Source: Narcine bancroftii
Taxonomy: Eukaryota
Assembly: GCF_036971445.1 (NCBI RefSeq)
Contig: NC_091470.1
Location: 217,372,001 to 217,436,000, forward strand
Direction: 5' to 3'
DNA: 64,000 nt
The notes beneath the pieces are model-generated. The model was not told the origin of the DNA. It ran no database searches and was given only the letters and a program-made list of their open reading frames with translations. Shown here in pieces: positions 48,230-59,489 of this stretch; position 1 is the stretch's first letter, and the number at the start of each line of letters is the position of its first letter. The position numbers and the translations under genes were made by a program.

Positions 48230-50967
48230 CAAGACCACCCCAAGACTGAAGTCTTCCAATTGCAAATCGATCATAGTGATTAACCATAACCATGTATTGC
48301 ACAGTCGCCAAAATGGTGGATGTATTCAGATAGCCTGATCCACCAGTGTTTGATGGAAATGTGGCAGAAAACTGGCGTATCTTTGAACAGGAATACAACA
48401 TATTCATAGCGACACATAGCGACAAGCCTGCCTGTACCAGGGCGTATATTCTGTTAAATTTTGCAGGCCTGGAAGCCATTGAAAGGGAGAGGTTATTTGT
48501 GTATGCAGGCAAAGTGCATGACGCAACCTCGTTACCAGCCCGGCTAAGTCGAGAGAGGACCCCAAATGTTTGAAGTGTAAATTCAGAGAAATGTGCAACC
48601 CTCTGAGAAATGTGACAATGGAAAGGCACAAATCCAACATGAGAGACCAAAAGCTTGGCGAGTCGATACACTCATACTTCAGTGATCAGGGCAAAAAGCT
48701 GGAATTTCAGCACACTTCGCGACAAACTAATTAAAGACAGAATGGTCTGTGGCATTTGCAATGATAGTATGCAGAAGGCTCTCCTGCGAGACACCGAGCT
48801 AACACTAGCAAAGGCCATCACAATGTGCTTGGCATATAAAATTACAGAGGAAAACAGTAAAAGGCTAGCCTCTCCATAACAGCAGGCCACAAGCATCGAC
48901 GCAATACTGGTGGGACCAGCAAGCAGACAGTGGCTGGAGACTAGAAGGAAGAATGAACCACGCCAGCCAGACCCCCCCATACCCAGGACAGGATGCGGCA
49001 GTTGTGGAGGAGATCATAAACCGAGAAGAGAAATATACCCAGCATTCAGCCATCAGTGCAGGAACAGCAGCAAATGGAACCACTACAGCAGATGCTGCAG
49101 ATCCAGGCAGCAGACTGCCGCACGGACCAGGCCAAGGAGGACCATCAACCATTTGGAACCAGAGCAGAGAGGGAGCGACCCCAATGATGAGTACTATGTC
49201 AATAGGATCACCACAAGGACAGAATGCAACCCAGCAGAAACCTGGATCAGAGGTAACAACGAGGCCTTCTTGGAAGTTAATGGCAAGATGGCTGAGATAA
49301 AAGTCAACACTGGAGCCAAATGCAGTGTCATGTCACTGACGACATTCAGTCGACTGAGAAAGACAAAACAAGTCAAACCATGTATCAAGGCTATGAGCCT
49401 AGTGGCTTATGGAGGCAGCAGAATCCAGACCAGTGGTACAAGGACAGCTCCACGAGCTAACCTTCTTCGTGGTCCGCAAAGATGCCATACCTCTGCTAGG
49501 CCCCAGTGTGTGATGGACATGGGGCTTAATTCATTCACTACATATGTCCATCAGGTAAGCCCATCCGAGGACAATTTCTCACAGAAGATCTTTTCTGAGT
49601 ACGGTGAACTTTTCAAAGATGAGCTGGGAAGGCTGCCGGTGACATACTCCATGTGGTTTGACCCGGAGGTAAGACCCATAGTCTGGCCGGCACACCGCAT
49701 TCGAGTAGCAAGGAAGGATAAAATCAAGGCCGAACTGGTTTTCAGCACTCCAGTCTCGGAACCAACCTCCATGGTGACCGCCAAGAAAAAGATGGGCAGA
49801 AAATCTGAATTAGTATAAATCCACAAGACCTCAATGTGGCCCTGAAAAGACCACATCACCCCATGTGCACTGTGGAGGAAGTTGCTGTACAGATGGCTGA
49901 CGCAACGGTTAATGTCAAGGCAGACCAGGACTATCCTACCAGGGCCAAAGAGACTTCTGGAGCCCCAACCAAAGGGCCTGCAAGATGTCAAGGCCCAGCT
50001 GCTAAACAGAAGGCTGGCACAAAAAGAAAAGTTACAATTAAAACCATCCGGCTGCAAGTCCCATTGACCAAAGGACAAGTTGTAAAGATGCAGATTTCAC
50101 AAGGTTATAACCATCTGGGTATAGTGGAAATGAGCTGCCAGGTCATACCTGGTTCATTTGAGGGGGAAACGATACAGGAGGAGCAGACGACACATCCTCC
50201 CAGTAAAAGACCCACCCCCATCTCAAGCTGACCCAGGCAAATCGAAATTTTTTCATTTGGAACATGAGCCTGGGAATGACGTGAGACCCCCCCCCCAGTA
50301 CCCACAGGAGACGCAATGGACGATGCCCTTGAGACTATGGACAGTAGAGACAAGATGCCCCAAGCCTCCACATTAGCAGAGGGCTATTACAAAATGCGCG
50401 CTAGGCGTGTCTGTAATCCGAATGTATATAATGTTGTACATAGTGAAAATTTTATATGTTCACTATATCATGTGGGGGGTAGCTCAAGAAAGGGGATGTA
50501 GACACCCACTGCCATCGGCTGCACTGCACCTGCTGCAATCGCGTTGCAGCCACCGTACACACAACAGCGCACTGCGCATGCATGAGCACTGTGAGGATGT
50601 ATTCATTGAATGAAGTACTGACAGGGAGCCGATGCCACGCTGTGGGTTCTCTCTCCCTTGCCTGTTTATCATACTTGGTTGTGTTCAGTAAATTCTTTTA
50701 TTTGGTTTACCTCACCTGCAGACTCGACTCGTTGTTAAGCAGAAAATAATGACAGGTCAGCACGTCCTTTCTTAAATGAGATGTCCAAAATTGCTTGCAA
50801 TATTCCAACTGATGCCTTACTGTGTGCCTCTTAAAGCCTCAACATCACATCCCTGGTTTTATACTCCATTCCTCTTGAAATGAATGCCAGCATCGCATTT
50901 TCTCCCACTGATGCTTCTTGACCTGCTAAGTTCCTCCAGCAAAGTGTGTTTTGATTAGTCAGTGATT

Positions 50968-52164
50968 CTCCATTGACAACGGTGTGAAGCAAGGCTGCTT
51001 CCTCGCACCAACCCTCTTTTCAATCTTCTTCAGCATGATGCTGAACCAAGCTATGAAAGACCTCAACAATGAAGATGCTGTTTACATCCGGTACCGCACG
51101 GATGGCAGTCTCTTCAATCTGAGGCGCCTGCAAGCTCACACCAAGACACAAGAGCACCTTGTCCGGGAACTACTCTTTGCAGACGATGCCGCTTTAGTTG
51201 CCCATTCAGAGCCAGCTCTCCAGCGCATGATGTCCTGTTTTGCGAAAACTGCCAAAATGTTTGGCCTGGAAGTCAGCCTGAAGAAAACGATCAGCCAGCT
51301 CCCCACCATGACTACCAGCCCCCCCACATCTCCATCGGGCACACAGAACTCAAAACGGTAAACCAGTTTACCTACCTCGGCTGCACCATTTCATCGGATG
51401 CAAGGATCGACAACGAGATAGACAACAGACTCGCCAAAGCAAATAGCGCCTTTGGAAGACTACACAAGAGTATGGAAAAACAACCAACTGAAGAAACACA
51501 CAAAAATCAGCGTGTACAGAGCCGTTGTCATACCCACGCTTCTGTTCAGCTCCGAATCATGAGTCCTCTACCGGCATCACCTACAGCTCCTAGAACGCTT
51601 CCATCAGCGCTGTCTCCGCTCCATTCTCAACATTCATTGGAGTGACTTCATCACCAACATCGAAGTACTCAAGCTAGCAGAGTCTGCAAGCATCGAATCC
51701 ACGCTGCTGAAGACCCAACTGCGCTGAGTGGGTCACGTCTCCAGAATGGAGGACCATCGCCTTCCCAAGATCGTGTTCTATGGCGAGCTCTCCACTGGCC
51801 ACCGAGACAGAGGTGCACCAAAGAAGAGGTACAAGGACTGCTTAAAGAAATCTCTTGGTGCCTGCCACATTGACCCCCGCCAGTGGGCTGATATCGCCTC
51901 CCACCGTGCATCTTGGCGCCTCACAGTTCGGCGGGCAGCAACCTCCTTTGAAGAAGACCGCAGAGCCCACCTCACTGACAAAAGACAAAGGAGGAAAAAC
52001 CCAACACCCAACCCCAACCAACCAATTTTCCCTTGCAACCGCTGCAACCATGCCTGCCTGTCCCGCATCGGACTTGTCAGTCACCAACAAGCCTGCAGCA
52101 GACGTGGACATTGCCCCTCCAAAAATCTTCGTCCGCGAAGCCAAGCCAAAGAAGAAAAAAAAAA
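50968..52164 (+). mobile_element. RTE LINE copy, more diverged (stops and small deletions)
   Basis: GVKQGCFLAPTLFSIFF and RELLFADDAAL, tail gaagaaaaaaaaaa, short gatt flank duplication. Confidence 0.9.
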
Positions 52165-52377
52165 GATTATTAGATGTATAAATATAATTGGTGCATTAAT
52201 TTGTTAGATTTTTGCTCATTATTTGTAGAGAAGGGGATACTGAGAGCATAACAGACTGATGGCAACATGCAGACCTTTGTCACCATGAGTACTGGTGTTT
52301 CTCTTTAACATTTGTTACTTCTTGATCCCCAAGATGGTGAACACCTCTGTGAGATTAAAATATATTGCCTGTAAAAA

Positions 52378-53130
52378 AAATGCCACTGCTGCTGTAATGG
52401 CAGCACTGTCATTGGTGTTGACCTGGGAGAGCAGAGAGCCAAGACATGACACTGCTTTGAAGGGTTCAACCGCCTGGTCCTAATGCCGGCGGCTCGCTCC
52501 ACACAGGCTTTTAATGGCCTGTTAAAGGAATGTTTGTAAGTAAAACGCTGCAAACATGAGTCTGTGCCTGTCTGGATGGGACTTCGAAAGGATGCAGACA
52601 ATGGGGAGCAGTGGACCGGCACAGGGCACTGGAAATGAGTGCCCTGTGCCCTTCTCCCCCCCCGCCCCCCCACCCTGTTTAGAAGGAGAAGTAGAGGAGA
52701 TGACCTAACAGGATGGTTACCATGGTAGCTTAACAGCTGAAGGACCCACACAGGCCGCAGGCTGTTGGCAACTTGCAGTTGGAGGACCCGCACGGGCTTA
52801 CAGGTATCAGAGCCAGGACTCGAGAGGGTGCTGAGGACAAGAATGGTACCTGAAGGTCCTCAGGCACCGATGGCTTCCTGATCGCGTCAGATGTTAGAAC
52901 TTGAGCTTAGGTTGCTGATGAATGGAACTGGTGTATGTATGGCTGCATAGACTGTAGGAGCACGGAGGCGAATTCACGGATACTCAGTGCCTCTGATGGG
53001 ATTCTCTTTTTCTCATTCAGTAACACTAATGCTGACTATTTATCTGCCTTACAGCAGGTCAAAGTTAAGGTACATCGTATATGTTGCATTTTTAAAGTAT
53101 TAGTACCTGACAAAAAAGAAACCTTGGTCC
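52378..53130 (+). mobile_element. Non-autonomous repeat of about 800 bp, copy 3 (diverged)
   Basis: ggctcgctccacacaggcttttaatggcctgttaaagg and the tail ctgacaaaaaagaaaccttg match the reverse complements of copies 1 and 2. Confidence 0.6.
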
Positions 53131-53815
53131 TTTACAGGTGACGCAACCTTTTCTGACTCACTATCATGTAAGGGGTGAGGGAACCGGGACATTGCTGTGA
53201 TAAATGTTTCAACATGAAAGAATGTAAGAAAAATGCTTTCATCAGACGACGGTGAATAGTTTGGATTGCAGAAAGCATTTTGTAAACGTTATTGCAGATT
53301 AACTTGGCTTCTGGTCTTCTGAAATAATGCGAGATCATACAGAGCTTGGAAGCTTACAAAGAACCTTTTATTTCCACAATTGTTTGCACAGCTATGTTTC
53401 AGTACTGTTGTACTTTCATTACTCAATCTCTAATCTGCTCCTGACGTTTGAGTGCAATATGATTACAATAGGAAATCTTGTTTATGCTACTGAAAATAGA
53501 TGACTCATCAAGTAATCTAAATTATCATGCAGTATCTGGTCTAAATTATTTTGTACTACTTCTGCTTCATAATGTCATAATAATGTGGAAGACTTTCTCA
53601 TGGACTTTCATTTGTGACACAAATTCTGACCAAATCGTTTGGTTGTACTACAGACACGTTTGTACTTTGACTACAGTTTGCATAATCGGAATTAGTTTTG
53701 TATATTTTTAATAGTGCAGTTAAGTCATAATCTTTGCACTTTGAGCTAATGGTGCTGTAAAATTCATAGCTTTCTGACTTACTTTGCACACATTGATTTC
53801 TGCATTAAATACTTC

Positions 53816-54790
53816 TGTTATGAGCCCAGAGGACCCCAAAACCCAGCAGCAATAGATATTTACCAAGACAAATGGTTACTTAAACAAAAGTGGTTTTTAA
53901 TTATCTTTAAACATGAAAACAGGATCAAACTTTAACTTATTACTATTAACTTAACTAACCTAACTTAACCCCTTTCTAATTCTAAGCACATGTGTATGTA
54001 ATGTGTATGTAAGTTCAGAAAAGTTCTTTGATTCACAGTCCAATCTCACTTCTCATTCCTCCAAGTTCACTGATTATTAGATGTATAAATATAATTGGTG
54101 CATTAATTTGTTAGATTTTTGCTCATGATTTGTAGAGAAGGGGATACTGAGAGGATAACAGACTGATGGCAACATGCAGACCTTTGTCACCATGAGTACT
54201 GGTGTTTCTCTTTAACATTTGTTACTTCTTGATCCCCAAGATGGCGAACACCTCTGTGAGATTAAAATATAACTTAACCCCCTTCTAATTCTAAGCGCAT
54301 GTGTATGTAATGTGTATGTAAGTTCAGAAAAGTTCTTTGATTCACAGTCCAATCTTACTTCTCATTCCTCCAAGTTCACTGATTGCAGACAATTCTTATA
54401 CTGTGCACAGAATTTAACATTTATGAAGTTCACCAGGCTTTGGTGCTTGAAAGGTAAATGGTTATTGCTCAGGAAGGTTCTTGTCAGTTTTCAGAGAGAG
54501 ATGTGTTGTTCGTTGGACACAAACCGATTCCTTGTAATCAGCCACTTCAGTGTCTTGCTGAAGAAACTTGTCCCATCAGGGTTTTCCAGATGATAACTTT
54601 CTTTCAGGTCTCCACAGAGTTCCTTTTTGTTTCACTTATTTCAAGTGAAAGATCAGGCAGCCAGTCCTCTCCTCTTGTATGGACCACACGGGCTTTGACC
54701 AGGCTGAACTAAGAACTCACAACCCATCTTCCAAATGGGGGTTTTCCACGTTTGCCAGCTTATCCTGTTCCAGTCCCATCTGCTGCTGCT

Positions 54791-54871
<81 letters not shown>

Positions 54872-55190
54872 GAGAAAAGCCTGATTTACTCTCTCTGTTT
54901 GCAAAAGCACATGACCTTCTTAGAAGAGCAAACTGCACTCAGACAGCGTGCGGCTCGGATGAGTTCTTTCATCTGTTGCTTTTCAAAACAACAATCCATT
55001 AGTAAAGTCTCTATAGGCAATCCCCAAAGCTTTTGGAAAGGCACTCTGACCCGGCTTGTCTGGCTTGAGCAGAGCGCCAGTATTTTAAATGAGATCTGTT
55101 TGGAGTGTTTGTATGTGGCCTACACTAAAACCTGCCATAAATAATCTCCAAAAAACATATACAATATAAAACACAACATAATCTGTCACA
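53816..55190 (-). mobile_element. Solo LTR carrying an internal duplication plus templated insertion and a (GA)n microsatellite
   Basis: TGT...ACA termini and flanks cttc/cttt (4-bp TSD with one mismatch). A second family member starts at 63766. Strand is inferred from the position of a polyA-like signal. Confidence 0.8.
54794..54866. repeat. (TC)n microsatellite
   Basis: Perfect dinucleotide run of about 36 units. Confidence 0.97.
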
Positions 55191-56048
55191 CTTTATCATT
55201 AAATAAAAATCAAGAAGTACTAAAACAAAATGCTTCAGATATTGGAAATATGACACAAAACTTTGAAAATATCAAACAGTCCAGGAACTTTCTATACAGG
55301 GAGCAATAGTTCTGGGATGAAAAAAATACTGCTTCTCCTGCCGCTGAAGCTGTCTGCAGAATATTTCTATCACTTTCTTTTGTCGTTGGAATACTGTTTG
55401 GGAGGTTTTGTCTTTTCTTGTCACTTCATCTCCAAATTATGTTTGTTGGCCAGTTGGTTTGATGCCATTAATTGTTTTTTGTTGATGTATCATACTTTAG
55501 TAATGGAATTGTGATTGAGAAATGTCAATGAAAATCTCTTGAGGTGCTCCCCTCATTCAAGTAGTGATCAACTAAGCTATTCAGAACATTGCATTCTAAA
55601 TTGAAGAACTAATTTATTTGATCCTGAGAAGAACTTTGCTCTGCAGGGGATGAGGGGTTCAATCCATCACTCCTGGGCCTGGATTTTAAAAGAGCTATGC
55701 TTCCATTCCAGATCATATCAATATGCTGTGGTGTGGGAATTGGAATTCTCATCCAATCCTGATTCCTTTCTCACATGTCTTCTTTTGGTTAGAGGTGGTC
55801 ATGTCGGTGAAAATACATTCTTCCTGTTTGCTATATCAAAGCTCCCCATAATTTTGAATGCCTGATATTCACATTTTCCGTTCTGAAGGAAAACAATCTT
55901 GATTTCTCAAACCTATCCACAGAACTGAAATCCGTTATCGACAGCACATTCCATTACATTTTCTTTGTATCTTCTACAAGGACTTGACCTCTCCTGAGAG
56001 GGAAGTGTCCAGAATTTGGCACAGGAATTCAGTCATATTGTGCTTGCG

Positions 56049-56755
56049 ACCAGTCTCTGAAGGCGAGCATGCAGGTACAGCAGGCAGTTAAAAAGGCAAA
56101 TGGTATGTTGGCCTTCATATCAAGAGGGTTTGAGTATAGGAACAAGGATACCTTACTGCAGCTGTACAGGGCCTTGTTGAGACCTCACCTGGAGTATTGT
56201 GTGCAGTTTTGGTCACCTTATCTAAGGAAGGATGTTCTTGCAATGGAGGGAGTGCAGAGGCGATTCACCAGGCTGATACCTGGAATGGCAGGAATGACTT
56301 ATGAGGAAAGATTGCGCAAATTGGGATTGTACTCGCTGGAGTTTAGAAGACTGAGAGGGGATCTCATAGAGACCTATAAAATTCTGGCAGGACTGGACAG
56401 AATGGATGCAGATGGGATGTTTCCAATGATGGGAAAATCCAGAACCCGGGGCCATGGTTTGAGGATAATAGGCAAACCATTTAGGACCGAGATGAGGAGG
56501 AATTTCTTGACCCAGAGGGTGGTGAATCTGTGGAATTCATTGCCACAGAGGGCAGTAGAGGCAGGTTCATTAAATATATTTAAGTGGGAATTAGATACAT
56601 TTCTTCAGTATAAGGATATTAAAGGTTATGGAGAGAAGGCGGGGACGGGGTACTGAACTTTAAGATCAGCCATGATCTCTTTGAATGGCGGAACAGGCTC
56701 GAAGGGTCGAATGACCTACTCCTGCTCCTATCTTCTATGTTTCTATGTTTCTATG
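56049..56755 (+). mobile_element. Young CR1 LINE, 5'-truncated, uninterrupted ORF2 C-terminus
   Basis: 195-aa open frame (LQLYRALLRPHLEYCVQFWSP...EGVQRRFTRLIPGM...RLRGDLIE), 3' UTR hairpin region and (TTCTATGT)n tail. Confidence 0.93.
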
Positions 56756-57178
56756 ATCACAACATAAGACTGCATCTTCGGAGAGCTCCAAGAGCTCAAT
56801 GAAAATTAAAACTGGCCACTTCTCCTGAAGAGAGGGTTTAAAAATAATTCTGCATGGATAGTAACGGCCTCACGGCTCTCCCAGCGAATGCCATCATAAC
56901 CCCATAAGGCATAGGAGCAGAAGTAGGCTATTCAGCCCATCAAGTCTTTTTAATCATGGGTTGATCCATTTTCCCACTCCTCTCCAGTGCCTGTCCTTCT
57001 ACACATAAACATTGATGCTCTGGCTAATCAAGAACAATATCTGACTTTTTTTAAAATATTTTATTTATAGATTTTCAAACTCAAACAATTTCCAGTAATC
57101 AGTCACAAATTACAATTATCCATTATATACAAGATTCACCACTGAGTCTGAGCAATTTACCTTTACCTCTCCCCCCCC

Positions 57179-57181
<3 letters not shown>

Positions 57182-57224
<43 letters not shown>
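57182..57224. repeat. (CA)n microsatellite
   Basis: Dinucleotide run. Confidence 0.95.
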
Positions 57225-57225
<1 letters not shown>

Positions 57226-57429
57226 CAAACCACATTACATACAACATTCAAGACACCCATGACAAAGGTAGGGGACACATCAGGGATTGTCATGGCCTGA
57301 CGGCTGGCATCTAGGCTGTTACATTTTTCTTGATTGGGCTGGAATTGATACCCCCGCCCCTCCCTCAGTAGAAGGATGGACAGGGAAGCCAGGGTAACAA
57401 GGCACGCAGATCCACACACTATAACTGTG

Positions 57430-58240
57430 CTCCTATAAAATTTAAATATGGTCACCAAATTAAGTTATAGGTCATTTTCTCCAAGGTAACACAGCTTTGC
57501 ATTTCTATATTCCAGTGTGCAATGCCCAAGTGAGAGTCAGATTTCCAGGCAACCTCTAGGCACCTCCTGGCCACTGCCAATGCGATCATTACAAATTGGA
57601 TTTGAAATTTGGACAGCTTCAACTTAAGCTTTATGTCCATTTGTATTTCCCAATAGAAACAGCTCTGGGTCCTTTGGGAATTCTTTACCTCTGATTTTTT
57701 TCTAGGGCTTGGCCTAGTTCCACCCAGAAAGGTCTCTCCTTGGTACATGATTGCATGCACAAAGGTTCCTGTTGCAATGCCACTTCTGAAGCATTGGTCC
57801 AAAATTTATGGTTCAGCTTTATTCAATTTTTGTGGTGTTAAATGTAGCTGGTGGAGAAAGTTACACTGCACCAGCCTATACCATGCATTAATATTCGCAG
57901 TAATTCCGTTCCGACATAGGTCTGACCAGCACCTCTCATCAATCGTTGTTTCAAAGTCTGACTCCCACCTTTGCCTTGATTAGTGAAGGTCCAGTTTAGG
58001 ACCTCTCGCTTAGAATAAGAACTACATCTCCGAGATGAACTTTCCTGTGCTCCCCTTTCAAATCGGGGTTTCTAAGTCACTGCATATCAGTAAGGTCATG
58101 CATGGACCTAATTTGTCCCTCAAAAAAGATCTTATCTGAAGGTAGTAGAGGAACGGCTTATTTGACATATTTATTTCTGAATTACTTGCCAGCATTATTT
58201 CATACTCTTCATGCTGTACTAATTTCCCTTTGATCTTCAC
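57430..58240 (-). mobile_element. L1/Tx1-type ORF2 C-terminal fragment
   Basis: YYLQIRSFL, DQCFRSGIATGTFVHA, LAVARRCLEVAWKS and LEKMTYNL. Confidence 0.7.
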
Positions 58241-58774
58241 TTGTACACTTCGCTAAGCTTTCTGCTGTACATAATTCTCAGTATCAATATAAACTTCCCT
58301 CTTTTGCCTCATTCTACCCCTGATACATCTTGTCATCTCAGAGACTCTTGATTCAGACTTCCCCACCCTCCTTTGTGGGAATATGGTTATCCTGGAGAAT
58401 CTTTTTCTCCAGAGCTTCCCATCACTCAGAGATTGATATACTGTTTAGTAAGTAAATCCCAGACTCTGGACATCTGAAAAGCTGAAAATACTTGGAAGAT
58501 CAGACAGGCAGATTTAGTTTAATCTGGTATCATGTTCAGCACAGGGGCCCATTCCTGTGCTGTACTGTTCCAAATCAGGTAGTATCTGTGGTCAAAACCC
58601 ATTTGTCATCAACCTGAAATATTAGCCCCATTTCTCTTTCCTCTGATGCTTCCTGAACTCCTGAGTATTTCCAGCATTTTCTGTTTTTATTTCAATACAG
58701 TAGCCAGGATTCCAATTTACTTTAGCTAAATCACTTAGCCCTGTAAATTAGCCTTTCCTCAGTTAAGAACCCTT

Positions 58775-59035
58775 GCAGCACAGTTGATGTAGCGGTTAAT
58801 GCAACACCTTTTACAGTGCCACTGATTGGGTCTGGGGTTCGAATCCCCCGCTGAATGCAATGAGTTTGTATGTTCTCCCCATGTTTGCATGGGTTTTCCT
58901 GAGAGGCTCCGGTTTCCTCCCACCATTCGAAACGTATCAGGGGTGTAGATTAATTGGGTATAAATTGGGTGGCATGGACTCATGGCCCATAATAGCCTGT
59001 AACAGTGCTGCATGTCCAAATTTTTTTTAAAATTA
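58775..59035 (+). mobile_element. V-SINE copy
   Basis: B box ggggttcgaatccc, V-domain and CR1-type tail. Confidence 0.8.
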
Positions 59036-59226
59036 AAATTAATTTTTGTCCTTTCCCATATAAACATAACTGAGTTGTGAGTACTATCACAAAATGCTCT
59101 CCTGTCAACATACCCTCCACTTGCCCAACCTTTTTACATAAACAAAATCTGGAATGCCATCCCATAACCTTTTACATTCTTTGTTAAATAAGTTCTTCTG
59201 AATTTGCTACTTTTTATACCATTCAT

Positions 59227-59489
59227 GCAAGATGCAAACCGTGCATCTTGGCGCCTCACAGTTTGGCGGGCAGCAACCTCCTTTGAAGAAGACCGCAGAG
59301 CCCACCTCACTGACAAAAGGCAAAGGAGGAAAAACCCAACACCCAACCCCAACCAACCAATTTTCCCTTGCAACCGCTGCAATCGTGTCTGCCTGTCCCG
59401 CATCGGACTTGTCAGCCACAAACGAGCCTGCAGCTGACGTGGACTTTTTACCCCCTCCATAAATCTTCGTCCGCGAAGCCAAGCCAAAG
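59227..59489 (+). mobile_element. RTE LINE short 3' copy
   Basis: Near-identical to other copies. 11-bp TSD ataccattcat at 59216-59226 and 59490-59500. Confidence 0.92.

Larger units (their letters stand above)
47156..50754 (+). mobile_element. Ty3/Gypsy LTR retrotransposon, internally deleted and non-functional
   Basis: 5' LTR 47156-48211 (RTE-interrupted) and 3' LTR 50497-50754, both TGTAGAC..ACA. PBS tggtgtcagaagcgggat at 48212, PPT aagaaagggga at 50486-50496, gtcag duplicated in the flanks. Gag FDGNVAENWRIF, degenerate Cys/His knuckle, protease VNTGAKCSVM, RT start DLNVALKRPHHPM. Confidence 0.92.
46690..50905 (-). mobile_element. CR1 3' fragment split by the Gypsy element (46690-47155 and 50755-50905)
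   Basis: The CR1 sequence ..cctctgaac|gtcag resumes as gtcagcacgtcctttcttaaat after the 3' LTR. Confidence 0.75.

Noticed and set aside
47439-48671. 410-aa ORF as a novel fusion protein
   Set aside because: It is a chance read-through from antisense Gypsy gag/LTR sequence into a truncated RTE copy, with the junction at the TSD.
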